Shown here one piece after another: positions 49,198 to 58,767 of a stretch of DNA of 64,000 nt (position 1 is the first letter of the stretch; the number at the start of each line of letters is the position of its first letter). Both the position numbers and the translations under genes were made by a program. The notes under the pieces were generated by a model, which saw nothing but the letters and a program-made list of their open reading frames with translations, did not search any database and was not told the DNA's origin. The DNA comes from Acidobacteriaceae bacterium. Its GTDB lineage: Bacteria; Acidobacteriota; Terriglobia; Terriglobales; Acidobacteriaceae. Where the stretch lies: assembly GCA_003170825.1 (NCBI GenBank), contig PMYL01000015.1, forward strand, positions 74 through 64,073, written 5' to 3'.

Positions 49198-49293
49198 ATG
49201 GACAGTACCATGATTATCCGGATTGTCTGCGGCGTGCTTTTTGTCGCCGTCTTGATCGTTTTGATTCAGCGGCGCCGCACACGGGTCAAGTAG
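49198..49293 (+). CDS. 31-aa single-TM micropeptide with basic tail, copy 1
   Basis: AAGGAGG RBS followed by MDSTMIIRIVCGVLFVAVLIVLIQRRRTRVK*. Confidence 0.8.
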   Translation: MDSTMIIRIVCGVLFVAVLIVLIQRRRTRVK

Positions 49294-49463
49294 CACGGAT
49301 TGCGCGGGAAGACCGGGCGGCGCAGTGGAATTGCGCGAACTCCGCCGGCCGGCTCCGCAGCCCTGCTGCATGGGGACCTCGCCGTTTTGGCGCTGGGCGT
49401 CGCCCGCGTCCTAGTCCGATTGGGAACATATGAAGCAGGCAGTTGAGAGAAAGGGGAATTGTT

Positions 49464-49559
49464 ATGAACAGTGTCACGATTATTCAGGTTGTCGCTGGCG
49501 TGCTCTTTGTCGTCGTCTTGATCATCCTGATTCAGCGCCGCCGCACACGGGTCAAGTAG
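49464..49559 (+). CDS. 31-aa single-TM micropeptide with basic tail, copy 2
   Basis: AAAGGGG RBS followed by MNSVTIIQVVAGVLFVVVLIILIQRRRTRVK*; same length and tail as copy 1. Confidence 0.8.
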   Translation: MNSVTIIQVVAGVLFVVVLIILIQRRRTRVK

Positions 49560-49860
49560 CGCGGTTTCACAGATGAGCTAGTGGCATCGTGCAACTGGAC
49601 GAACTCCGCTGGCCAACTCGATATTCCTGCTGGCCGGGCGCCTCGCCACTGAGACGATGAGAGTCTATGTGTCCTGTTGCGGCGGCGAGAGAGGAGGCGT
49701 GTGCCCTTGCACGGTACTCCGTGCAGGCTCTACTCCGCGCCAGGCCAAGCAGTTCATGTTCGCGACCCGGCGATTGCAGAGAAAGGACCTTGAATTGCGG
49801 AGAAAGGATCTTGAAGGGGCTCGCCTGGATACGCGCGGCAGAAGAGGTAAAGTCTTCATT

Positions 49861-50252
49861 TTGCGTCCATCAGCGCCACCGGCCCGATCATTTTTTTAGC
49901 GAATCCGACGCTGCACCTCCCAGGCCCCGCGCTGGCGGCGCCTGGGGGATGTATACGCCACGCTTCACTGCGGGAAACCGCCCGTAAACGTCCGTGTACA
50001 CCGGCCGGGGACAGCACGCCGTAAACAGCCCAAATTGAGGCTGTTTGGGCCTCCGGCGATTTGGCTGGACAATTGCTAGCTCTAGGATAACAACTCCCCT
50101 AAATCCTAGGGGAAGGAGCATGGGTATGCACTCGTTCGCCTGGTGGTCAACGCTCATCGCACTCGCCGTGGCGACCTTGACGGATCTGCGCAGCCGTAGC
50201 ATCCCCAAACTGGCTGGTGCTCCCTTTCCTTCTGGCGGGAATCGTCGTTTCC
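49861..50252 (+). repeat. ~400-bp duplicated block, copy 2
   Basis: Aligns with 40458..40856. Confidence 0.93.
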
Positions 50253-50284
50253 GGTTGGATCCATGGGTGGCGAGGTTGAGTTAG
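50120..50284 (+). pseudogene. Truncated, frameshifted prepilin peptidase (cpaA) copy
   Basis: MGMHSFAWWSTLIALAVATLTDLRSRSIP matches cpaA. An extra C (atccccaaac versus atcccaaac) shifts the frame and homology ends at ~50252. Confidence 0.88.
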
Positions 50285-50343
50285 CAATGGTGACTACGGA
50301 ACAACGCCCGGTTGCCGGGTACTCGCCGAGGGCGGGAGGTTAC

Positions 50344-51366
50344 ATGGAAGCACAACAGAAACTTTGCGCGTACAACCAAACTCGCGAGTGCTTTCTCGGC
50401 TTGGAGGTCGCTGCCGCGGATGTCCCGTATGCGAACCTCAAGGAGCTGATTGCAGGGCTCGCGCTCCAGTCCGGCGAGGGCCTCTGGATATCGCCGTTCA
50501 GAGGAATCCCCGATTCGGGCGTGTTTGCCCCGCTCGATCTGGTCTATCTGGACGAGGAATGCCGAGTCATCGACCTGGTCGAGTCTTTCCCGACATTTCG
50601 TGTCACCCCTTTGAGTCCGCAGGCGGCAAGCGTCCTGGCGCTGCCAACTCACTCGATCTATTCGTCGCAGACCCAACAGGGCGATCAACTGATGCTGTGC
50701 GCGGCCGAGGAGATGGAGCGCCGCCTGGAGGGGTTATCCAGCGCCGGCATTGCCGGCGCCGTGCAAGGCGCCGTTCTCTTGCGGGAGAAGCCGCTTTGGA
50801 GCGGCGGTCCTGGCCTGCTGCAATTGAACGGCCACCCCAATCACCCCAATACTGATGATGAACAAGATGATCAACAGGAAAGCCCACAAACCGAGCAGAC
50901 ACATGAGATGGGCCTGCTCGAACCGGGGACGGAGGAATTCAAGCCGCCGAAGAGTTGGTTGAATCGCTGGTGGTCGCCGGATCCGAGAAAGGCGCCGGAG
51001 ATGAGGAAGGCGCCACGGGCGCAGACGCCCGGCCTGGCTGCTTATTACTGGACCGGCGCCGCTCCGGATGCGCGCAACATCAAGGACATCAGTTCGACCG
51101 GATTGTACGTGGTGACCGAGGAACGTTGGTACCCCGGCACCCTGATCCTGATGACCCTGCAAAAGACGAACGGCGGGGATAAAAGCACTGAACATGCGAT
51201 CTCTGTGCATTCAAGGGCCGTCCGGTGGGGCAAGGATGGCGTGGGCCTACAGTTTGTCCTGAAGAATTCCGAGCCTCCAGACCCATCGAAGGGCTCCCAG
51301 GTAGACGCGGCGAGTAAAAAGGAACTCGAAAAATTCCTGAAGCAGCTCCGGAAGGGCAAAGGCTAG
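50344..51366 (+). CDS. DUF192-like domain fused to a C-terminal PilZ domain
   Basis: N-terminus GEGLWISP..PLDLVYLD..SVLAL resembles the DUF192 at 58117; C-terminus RKAPR...KDISSTGLY...AVRWGKDGVGLQF fits PilZ (RxxxR, DxSxxG). GGAGG RBS before ATG 50344. Confidence 0.78.
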   Translation: MEAQQKLCAYNQTRECFLGLEVAAADVPYANLKELIAGLALQSGEGLWISPFRGIPDSGVFAPLDLVYLDEECRVIDLVESFPTFRVTPLSPQAASVLALPTHSIYSSQTQQGDQLMLCAAEEMERRLEGLSSAGIAGAVQGAVLLREKPLWSGGPGLLQLNGHPNHPNTDDEQDDQQESPQTEQTHEMGLLEPGTEEFKPPKSWLNRWWSPDPRKAPEMRKAPRAQTPGLAAYYWTGAAPDARNIKDISSTGLYVVTEERWYPGTLILMTLQKTNGGDKSTEHAISVHSRAVRWGKDGVGLQFVLKNSEPPDPSKGSQVDAASKKELEKFLKQLRKGKG

Positions 51367-51383
51367 GCGCTCCTTCGGATGCC

Positions 51384-51412
51384 TTGCAAGTTCGCATGTT
51401 TTTTGCTATAAT
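51384..51412 (+). promoter_or_regulatory. Sigma70-type promoter upstream of tadE-tadG
   Basis: TTGCAA-N17-TATAAT with a TG extended -10. Confidence 0.7.
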
Positions 51413-51464
51413 CGGCATTTGTTGAGCCGGGTTTTTACGGTCAACAGAGCCGGAAGGGAGAGCG

Positions 51465-52067
51465 ATGAAAAACCCAAACGGCCTGCGCGGTCAAGCCATG
51501 GTGATCATGCGCGGTTTGAAGCGCGCCGCGGTGTCAAAGAGTGAACATGCAGAGGCCCGGTTCCCGGGCGGCCGGCTTCGCGCCCTGCGTCATTCCGGCG
51601 AAGAGGGACAATCGGCGGTTGAGTTCGCCTTGATGTTGCCGATGATGATGGTGATCATCACGGGCATATTGATCTTCGGTATCTACGAGATGCAAATACT
51701 GGCCCTGGTCGAAGGCGTGTCCAACGCCGGGCGGGTTCTTGCGGTCAGCGGGGGGCAGGTTTTGGATCCGTGCGCCACGGGAGTAACGGCGGTCACAGGT
51801 GCCGCGGCGGTGCTTAATTCGGCGAACCTCACGTACATTTTTACCTTCAACCCAGTCGCTGGCAATCTTCCCGCCAACAACCATTCGTACCCTCAAGCGT
51901 CGTGCCTCAGCTCCAATATCACCTCCCCGCCGTCAAGTTATATGATGACGGGTGGAACCGTCACGGTGCAGGCAACCTTTAATGCTTGTAGTCTCCAGTT
52001 CTACGGCAACAACCTTGCACCTGGCGGCTGTTCAATTACTCAGTCAATCACGGAGGTAGTCCAATGA
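51465..52067 (+). CDS. tadE: TadE-like pseudopilin
   Basis: EEGQSAVEFALMLP prepilin cleavage motif (G/Q..E+5) followed by a hydrophobic helix. Confidence 0.88.
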   Translation: MKNPNGLRGQAMVIMRGLKRAAVSKSEHAEARFPGGRLRALRHSGEEGQSAVEFALMLPMMMVIITGILIFGIYEMQILALVEGVSNAGRVLAVSGGQVLDPCATGVTAVTGAAAVLNSANLTYIFTFNPVAGNLPANNHSYPQASCLSSNITSPPSSYMMTGGTVTVQATFNACSLQFYGNNLAPGGCSITQSITEVVQ

Positions 52068-53620
52068 AGCACAGCAGCGAGTCTTTTCTGCGCCGTGCAC
52101 TCAAGTGCCAGAGCGGGCAGGCGTACATATCCCTGATTCTCATTATTCCCTTGATTTTAGGCGTGGGCGGATTGTCAGTGGACGTCGGCCACGCCTACGC
52201 ATGCTATCGCCAACTGCAGGCTTCCACCGATGCGGCTGCGCTGGCCGCAGGCCTGGGCCTGCCCAGTGGTGCCACAGTAGCGGAAAGCGATGCGACAGCG
52301 TTGAGCTCTGTATCCGGAAACGACAACGCCTTTGCCAGCTTGAATACCCCCTCCGCCTATACCGGCGCGCACTTATCATTCCAGCCGTATTGCGTGTCGA
52401 CCGTGCCGGGCGTGCCGCCGTGTGGCGGCTCCCTTACCTACAATGCCATCCGGGTGACGCAGTCCGTCACCGTGCCCACGTACTTCATCCGTGCTCTAGA
52501 AGTCATCGGCATCCAATCTGCCCAGTCCATCACGCTCAACGCCCAGGCAACCGCGGTCGTGACCGGTGGGGCGAGAGAACCAGACAGCGTCGCGATCATC
52601 TTCGACACAACCAGTTCGATGACGAGCACCGACGGCGGCGCCAACTGCACCGGCTCAAAGGAGCAATGTTCACTGGCAGGCGCTCAGATTATGATGTCCG
52701 AATTCTCGCCCTGCACATGGGGCGAGACCAACTGCGGCGCGGCTACCAACGGACTCGTCACCAACTCATTCGATGAGATCAGCTTCTTTACGTTTCCCGC
52801 GCAGAGTCCTGGCACTCAGGCGACCAAAGACTATGTCTGCCCCTCGGGGGTCCCCACTGAAATTGCATACCCCGATTCGACGACTTATACATCTTCGCCT
52901 CTCACCGCGCCTCTGACTTCGACTAAGCTGGCTTATCTGGTGAGCCGCTATCAGGTTGTGCCCCTATCCAGCGATTACCGCGTCAGCGACGGCACCATCG
53001 CGCCGAGCCCGTTGAACCTCAGTTCCAACATCGTGAAGGCGGTCGGGGGGAACAGCTATTGGGGGGGGACCACCAATAGTTGTAACGGCATGCAGGCCAA
53101 TGGCGGCGAGGGAACCTACTATGCGGGAGCAATCTATACGGCGAATCAGTATCTCATGGCCAATACGAGGGCGAACACCAATAACATCATCATCCTCTTC
53201 AGCGATGGCGATGCGGAGGGGTCAGGCACCGGGAATATCTCCACTTTTAGTGGCGGAACGCTGAATACGTCGTCGCCCTACAATTACCCTTCGGCCAAGG
53301 CCGAGTGCAATCAGGCGGTCGCAACGGCCGCGGCAGCCAAGGCCAACGGCACGGAAATCTTCGTGGTGGGCTACGGCGTGGCATCCGGAGGATGCGGCGA
53401 CACCGGGGAAAGCTCAGGAACCACCGCATGCTCCACGCTGAAGGCGATTGCCTCCCCCGACACGAAGACGCCGCATTTCTATGAGGACTCGTCGAGTACA
53501 CCCTGCGCCGGTGCTACAACGGTCTTAATGAACGGAAAGACCAACACCATTTCCGGAATCTTCTCACAGATCGTTAACTATTTATCGAAACCGAAGTTGG
53601 TTCTCAACGGCGCAGCATAG
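52064..53620 (+). CDS. tadG: TadG-like pilus-associated protein with VWA-like domain
   Basis: SGQAYISL..LGVGGLSVDVGHAY...LQASTDAAALAA Tad N-terminus; IIFDTTSSM and LFSDGDA MIDAS-like motifs. Confidence 0.82.
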   Translation: MKHSSESFLRRALKCQSGQAYISLILIIPLILGVGGLSVDVGHAYACYRQLQASTDAAALAAGLGLPSGATVAESDATALSSVSGNDNAFASLNTPSAYTGAHLSFQPYCVSTVPGVPPCGGSLTYNAIRVTQSVTVPTYFIRALEVIGIQSAQSITLNAQATAVVTGGAREPDSVAIIFDTTSSMTSTDGGANCTGSKEQCSLAGAQIMMSEFSPCTWGETNCGAATNGLVTNSFDEISFFTFPAQSPGTQATKDYVCPSGVPTEIAYPDSTTYTSSPLTAPLTSTKLAYLVSRYQVVPLSSDYRVSDGTIAPSPLNLSSNIVKAVGGNSYWGGTTNSCNGMQANGGEGTYYAGAIYTANQYLMANTRANTNNIIILFSDGDAEGSGTGNISTFSGGTLNTSSPYNYPSAKAECNQAVATAAAAKANGTEIFVVGYGVASGGCGDTGESSGTTACSTLKAIASPDTKTPHFYEDSSSTPCAGATTVLMNGKTNTISGIFSQIVNYLSKPKLVLNGAA

Positions 53621-53648
53621 CCGTCCGCAGGAGAATCAAGTTCCGCTA

Positions 53649-53687
53649 CCCGGCGAGTCCGTCCATTGGACTCGCCGGGAGTTTTTT
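53649..53687 (+). terminator. Intrinsic terminator after tadG
   Basis: 12-bp perfect stem cccggcgagtcc/ggactcgccggg followed by agtttttt. Confidence 0.85.
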
Positions 53688-55131
53688 ATTCGTCCTCTTC
53701 CGGAACAATCAGCAGCACTTCCACCTTGACATTTTGCCCATTCTGCGTGGCGGGCCTGAATTGCCACTGTGCGAGCGCGTCCAGGACGAACTTCGCCTGC
53801 GGGAAGTCGGGCGGGAAGACGATGGCCAGCGCCTCGAAGCGGCCGGCCTGATTCAGAAACCCGTGAACCATGAGGGCATCGGCGTTCCATTCGCCGGGAG
53901 CAAGATTGGGGCGCACGATGTTATACGGCCAGGGCGCATCCAGGCGAGCGATGTTGCCCGCCTCCGCCGCATCGGCGGAACGCGGGACAGAGTACTGGAG
54001 AATCCAGCTCTTGGCCAGGCCGAGGTGCAGATAAACGGTGTAGGCCAGCCTGCCGCTCCATAGCCCGGCCGTCTCAGGATACTTGTCTTCCAGCGAGACG
54101 CCCACCACAACCGACCCGAACTGGCCGTCTTTCGCCAGCGTAATATGGGAGGTCGAAGGCCGGTTACCGGAGCCGGAACCGGAGCCGGAGCCTGCTTCAG
54201 CCTTCTGGGCAGGCCCGGTTTTCGCTCCACCTCCGGCCCGATCGCCAGTGCTCCCTCCGGATGCCGGCTGGTCTTTCGAATCGCCCGCAGCCTGTCCCGC
54301 TCCCGTTCCGCCGGCCTTGCTGGCCGGATTGCCGTTCCCCGGCCGCGAAGAGTCCTTACCCTGTCCCTGCGCCAGCGCCCCTGGCGAATTTGCGGCAGCC
54401 GTCGCGTTTGCGGGCGGTAGAAAGACGGTTCCCGCGGTCATATGAAGATCGGAGAGCGACACAACGGCGGTGGGAGTTGACTGCGCGGACGACACCGAGG
54501 TGGTTTCCGGAATCTTCTGCGGCAAATCAGGCCCGTGAACCACCATTGGCGAGGTTGTGCTGGGGAGGATCGGCAGTTTCTGCGCGGTCAGGCCGGTGGC
54601 TGATATGCGAACGTCAGCCAGGTTGACTTCCTGATTGGGTGCCTCAAACTTGGGCAGCACTGAGGCGGCCATGGGTGTTTCCGGTGGGGGCGGAACGATC
54701 GCTTTGGGCGGCGTCTTCTCCGGCTGCCAAAGCACGACGGTCGGGACCGGGGTTTTCAGGAGGAGTTTCACGTTGGGCTGCACCTTCGGCTGCACCAGCG
54801 TCTGGAGTCCCTCCGGCGCTTGCGCAGTCTGCCGCAGAACCGCTAATGGGCTCCCGCCGGGTAAAGGCTTGTGCGCGACGTTCCGGGGGCCAGGAGACTT
54901 AATAGCGCTGGCGGTAGCCCGCCGCATCTCCTCGTCCGGGGCGTTCAGGTCCAGATGCCGCAGTTCATATCGCGCGGTGAGAACCCGGTTGTTCAACACC
55001 GGGGGGCTCAGTATCCCGAGAACTACCACAATCAGGGCAATATGCGCCAGAATCGAGACCGCAAAGGAAGATGACCGCCGGCTCAGATCCGGTCGCTCGG
55101 AAAAGAGCGTTATCGTGCGGGAAGACCTCAT
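53686..55131 (-). CDS. Hypothetical single-TM Pro/Gly-rich protein with TonB-C-like terminus
   Basis: SILAHIALIVVVLG TM helix, long Pro-rich linker and C-terminal ALAQWQFRPATQNGQNVKVEVLLIVP. Confidence 0.75.
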   Translation of the reverse strand: MRSSRTITLFSERPDLSRRSSSFAVSILAHIALIVVVLGILSPPVLNNRVLTARYELRHLDLNAPDEEMRRATASAIKSPGPRNVAHKPLPGGSPLAVLRQTAQAPEGLQTLVQPKVQPNVKLLLKTPVPTVVLWQPEKTPPKAIVPPPPETPMAASVLPKFEAPNQEVNLADVRISATGLTAQKLPILPSTTSPMVVHGPDLPQKIPETTSVSSAQSTPTAVVSLSDLHMTAGTVFLPPANATAAANSPGALAQGQGKDSSRPGNGNPASKAGGTGAGQAAGDSKDQPASGGSTGDRAGGGAKTGPAQKAEAGSGSGSGSGNRPSTSHITLAKDGQFGSVVVGVSLEDKYPETAGLWSGRLAYTVYLHLGLAKSWILQYSVPRSADAAEAGNIARLDAPWPYNIVRPNLAPGEWNADALMVHGFLNQAGRFEALAIVFPPDFPQAKFVLDALAQWQFRPATQNGQNVKVEVLLIVPEEDE

Positions 55132-55523
55132 GACCGGATGAACTCCCTCCCTCGCGCCGGATGGTCCTTCTTTACTTTACAGGGTTGGTCACATTTTATA
55201 CACTCTGAGGTGAGCCGGACAGTGAAAGATGCCATGTCCCCCTTTGGTAATCATTTGTGCTGTCTTTCGGGATCGGTTGCGGCAGGGATGCCCCATGACT
55301 TTCTTGATGCCCCAACTTCATACCACTGCCGTTTCGACTGAATTTAGTTGGCATCAGGGGAAAAGAGTGTACACTGATCACACGCTTGAACTTGTCTGAC
55401 TTTCTGTCACCGCCATCCCCAGGGTTTGGCGCGAAATCGAAACTCGTTTCCTTGGGCACAGCAATTGACCCAAGGGACAGCAAGGCGGAGCTGGCGGGGT
55501 AGCCGGCTCACACAGGTTTCCAA

Positions 55524-56396
55524 ATGAACCGAAGACTACTGACGATCCTTCTCCTCGCTTTCGTGATTGCCGGCGTATGCGCCTTTCTGGTCTATCGCAT
55601 GGTAGGCATCCGCTTGTCGGCGGCACAACCGTCAGCAACCATACACGTGGTTGCCGCAAACGCGGACATCAAACTCGGAGCCGTTCTGAACGCCGGCAAC
55701 CTGACGACTATCGAGATCGCGGGGGCGCTTCCCAAAGGCGCTATTCTCGAGAAAGACAAGATCAATGCCATTGGCCGGGGCGTCCTCTCGGACCTCTATC
55801 AGGGCGAGCCCATTCTGGAGAGCCGCCTGGCCGCCCCCGGCTCCGGCGGCGGGTTGGCAGCTACCATTCCCGAGGGCATGAGAGCGGCCGCTATCAGGGT
55901 CGATGATGTGGTGGGCGTGGCGGGGTTTGTCACTCCCGGAATGCGCGTGGACGTTCTTATCGCGGGGCTCCCTCCCGGCAATGCTTCCAACAACGCCCAG
56001 ATCGCCGATCAAGGCACTCTGGTGAAGACGCTGCTTCAGAACATCCAGGTCTTGTCGGCCGGCCAGGATATTCAAAAGGATGCTGAAGGCAAGCCGCATC
56101 CGGTCCAGGTAGTCAACCTGTTGGTGACCCCGGAACAGGCCGAGACCCTGAGCCTGGCCAGCAATCAGACAAGGATCCAACTGGTGCTGCGGAACCCGTT
56201 GGATACAAAGATTGGCGTGGTTCCAGTCACGGCCATGGCCAACCTCTTTACGGATCAGGCTCCCGCCCCGGTAAAAGCGCGGCCTGCCGCAAAGGCCGTT
56301 TTCAAAGCCGCACCACCTCCGGCCTTTACCATCGAGGTAATCAACGGGTCGAAACGGAGCGAGAAACAATTTAGTACTCCCGAGGGACAGAAGTGA
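55524..56396 (+). CDS. cpaB: Flp pilus assembly protein CpaB/RcpC
   Basis: VVAANADI..G (SAF), IPEGMRA..RVDDVVGVAGFVTPGMRVDVL, LQNIQVLSAGQ and LVLRNPLD. Confidence 0.93.
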   Translation: MNRRLLTILLLAFVIAGVCAFLVYRMVGIRLSAAQPSATIHVVAANADIKLGAVLNAGNLTTIEIAGALPKGAILEKDKINAIGRGVLSDLYQGEPILESRLAAPGSGGGLAATIPEGMRAAAIRVDDVVGVAGFVTPGMRVDVLIAGLPPGNASNNAQIADQGTLVKTLLQNIQVLSAGQDIQKDAEGKPHPVQVVNLLVTPEQAETLSLASNQTRIQLVLRNPLDTKIGVVPVTAMANLFTDQAPAPVKARPAAKAVFKAAPPPAFTIEVINGSKRSEKQFSTPEGQK

Positions 56397-57946
56397 GAGC
56401 AAAGGCTGGAAAACCCATCGCATGTATTGGCGCATTGTTTTTTGTCCTGTGCGCCGAGCCGGGCCTGCAGGCTCAGAGTTCACCATCTCTTTCCCAACCC
56501 GCCGGGGCCTCGATTCAAGACTCCGCGAATGAACTCTCCGTCGCTGTGGGCAAGACCGTATTGGTCGACACTGCGCGGCCGATAGCGCGGGTCGCCCTCG
56601 GCCTGGCGGAAGTGGCCGATGCCGAACCGACCAGCCCAACCGAGATCATGGTGACTGGCAAAACCCCTGGGGAAACCAGTCTGATTATCTGGGATACCCG
56701 CGGCGGCCGGCAGTTCTTCAACGTGACGGTGCGCGCCAGCTCGGCTGTATCGAACGACAACCTGGACGCGATCCGCCGCGAGATCAGAACGGAGCTTCCC
56801 GGCGAACCCGTGAAGGTCAGCACCGAGAACGGCATCATCTTCCTGCGCGGCACGGTCAAGAACCTCAACAGCTCCGATCGCGCGGTCAAGATTGCCTCCA
56901 CTGGCGGTAAGGTCGTCAACCTGCTCAACGTCAATGTGCCACCCCCAGACCCGCAGATTCTCCTCAAGGTGCGTTTTGCCAGTGTCGACCTCAGCAAGGA
57001 GCAACAGCTCGGCATCAATTTTTACAGTTCCGGCTTTGGAAACACGATTGCCGGAATTTCAACCGGACAGTTCTCTCCGCCATCGCCGACCCTCACAACA
57101 CCCTCCACGGTGAATCAAACTAGTAATCTGAACCTCTTTGCTTTCTTGCCCGGCCTGAATCTGGGCGCAACCCTCGAGGCCCTGCAACAAAAAGGCATCA
57201 CCGAGGTTCTGGCTGAGCCCAACATCCTGGCGTCGAACGGCAAACAGGCCAGCTTTCTGGCCGGCGGAGAATATCCCTTTCCAATGGTTCAGGGCGGCTC
57301 GGGCGGTGCGGGAGCGTCGGTTACGATCATGTTCAAGGAATATGGAGTTCGCCTGAACTTCATCGCCACCGTAACTCCCCGCGGAACGATCCGCCTCCAA
57401 GTGGCCCCGGAAGTCAGTTCGCTAGACTTTACCCAGGGAATTGAGATCTCGGGATTTGATGTCCCCTCCATTAACACCCGGAGAATGAAGACCGAGGTCG
57501 AATTGGCTGACGGTCAAAGCTTTGGGATCGGTGGACTGTTGGACAACCGCGACACCGAAACCTTCATGAAGATCCCGTTCCTGGGAGACATTCCAATTCT
57601 GGGCAAGCTTTTCCAGTCGATGCAAAAGACCAAGACAAAGACGGAACTCATCGTGATTGTGACGCCGGAGATTGTGGCTCCCATTGAGGCCGGGGCGCCC
57701 TTGCCTGAGCTGAAGTATCCCGGGAAGTTCCTGCCGCCCAACTCCGGCATACCCATGAATACTCCGGACGCCAAGACGGCTGCTAACACGCTACCCCCAG
57801 TACCGCCAACCATGCCCGTGGAGAAATTGATTGACAGTATGAAGCCGGAGCAGCCGCTGATGGTCGAAGGAGGCAGCGCGACTTTTGGTGGCGGCGGCTC
57901 GACGAGCGGCACTGCCGCACCTGCTTCCACGCCCGTGCCTTACTGA
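56393..57946 (+). CDS. cpaC: Flp pilus secretin CpaC/RcpA
   Basis: T2SS-T3SS_pil_N-like and BON-like N-terminus; QILLKVRFASV, LAEPNI..SFLAGGEYP, FKEYGVRL and IPFLGDIPILGKLF..TELIVIVTP. Confidence 0.93.
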   Translation: MRAKAGKPIACIGALFFVLCAEPGLQAQSSPSLSQPAGASIQDSANELSVAVGKTVLVDTARPIARVALGLAEVADAEPTSPTEIMVTGKTPGETSLIIWDTRGGRQFFNVTVRASSAVSNDNLDAIRREIRTELPGEPVKVSTENGIIFLRGTVKNLNSSDRAVKIASTGGKVVNLLNVNVPPPDPQILLKVRFASVDLSKEQQLGINFYSSGFGNTIAGISTGQFSPPSPTLTTPSTVNQTSNLNLFAFLPGLNLGATLEALQQKGITEVLAEPNILASNGKQASFLAGGEYPFPMVQGGSGGAGASVTIMFKEYGVRLNFIATVTPRGTIRLQVAPEVSSLDFTQGIEISGFDVPSINTRRMKTEVELADGQSFGIGGLLDNRDTETFMKIPFLGDIPILGKLFQSMQKTKTKTELIVIVTPEIVAPIEAGAPLPELKYPGKFLPPNSGIPMNTPDAKTAANTLPPVPPTMPVEKLIDSMKPEQPLMVEGGSATFGGGGSTSGTAAPASTPVPY

Positions 57947-58116
57947 GGTTCCCGGCTGCCCATCCAGGCAGCCGGAGCCCTTGCAGAAGGACGGTTCTCC
58001 CATTCTGGCCCTGGCTTGAAGGGCGCGGCGAATCGCGCCCATCAGGGGTATGAAAGTTGAAGCGCAGTCCGCGCAGGGTGCGGCTACAGACAGGCGAAAG
58101 GTTCTGAGTCAACCGG

Positions 58117-58581
58117 ATGAATCCGCCACGCTGGAACTTTTGGGGGCTGCGAGGCTGGCTTATTCAACGCCGCCGGGGAGTCCCCGATAACCGCCTGCAT
58201 GTCTCAAACCTAACTCGCCACACTATACTTGCCACCTGCATGGAAGTCGCCGACAGTGGTCCGAAGCGCAACAAGGGGCTGCTGGGCCGCAAAGGGCTCG
58301 GCCCCGGAGAGGGTCTGTGGATAGTCCCCTGTGAAGCCGTTCACACTTTCTGCATGCAATTCCCCATCGACCTTGTCTATCTGGACCGCAACAACCGAAT
58401 CAAGAAACTGAGGAGCGACGTGCCTCCGTGGCGGCTGTCGGCCTGTTTCTCCGCGCACTCGGTGCTCGAGCTTGCCTCAGGCACGATTCGCAACACGCAG
58501 ACACAACCGGGAGACGCGCTCGAATTCTCGTCTGCACCTTCGACGAGTGACGACTTCGGCGGCTCTTCCGCTCCCGCTTGA
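58117..58581 (+). CDS. DUF192 family protein
   Basis: VADS...KGLLGR..L..GEGLWIVPCEAVHTFCMQFPIDLVYLD...SVLEL. Confidence 0.88.
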   Translation: MNPPRWNFWGLRGWLIQRRRGVPDNRLHVSNLTRHTILATCMEVADSGPKRNKGLLGRKGLGPGEGLWIVPCEAVHTFCMQFPIDLVYLDRNNRIKKLRSDVPPWRLSACFSAHSVLELASGTIRNTQTQPGDALEFSSAPSTSDDFGGSSAPA

Positions 58582-58767
58582 TGGGTTGCGGATAGCCCCC
58601 TATTCAGGGCAGCGTCATAAGTTCAGTTCACCTGTGCATGGGCAGATCTACAGCAGCTTCACTTCTGAAGCATACAAACGCCAGGCTATAGCTGGGTCGT
58701 GGGTCAGCTCAAAGAAAGGCTGGGTAGCCGTGACCTCTTCAGCTCCTCTCGTTTACACTAGGAACAC

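Noticed and set aside
49198-49559. Micropeptides as Flp pilins or PEP-CTERM proteins
   Set aside because: They have no G/xxxxEY prepilin motif, no VPEP motif and no cargo domain; they are kept as a separate finding.
55450-55476. GGCAC-AGCAA-TTGA as a sigma54 promoter for cpaB
   Set aside because: The -12 GC is absent, and the sequence is better explained as the loop of a ccttggg/cccaagg hairpin.
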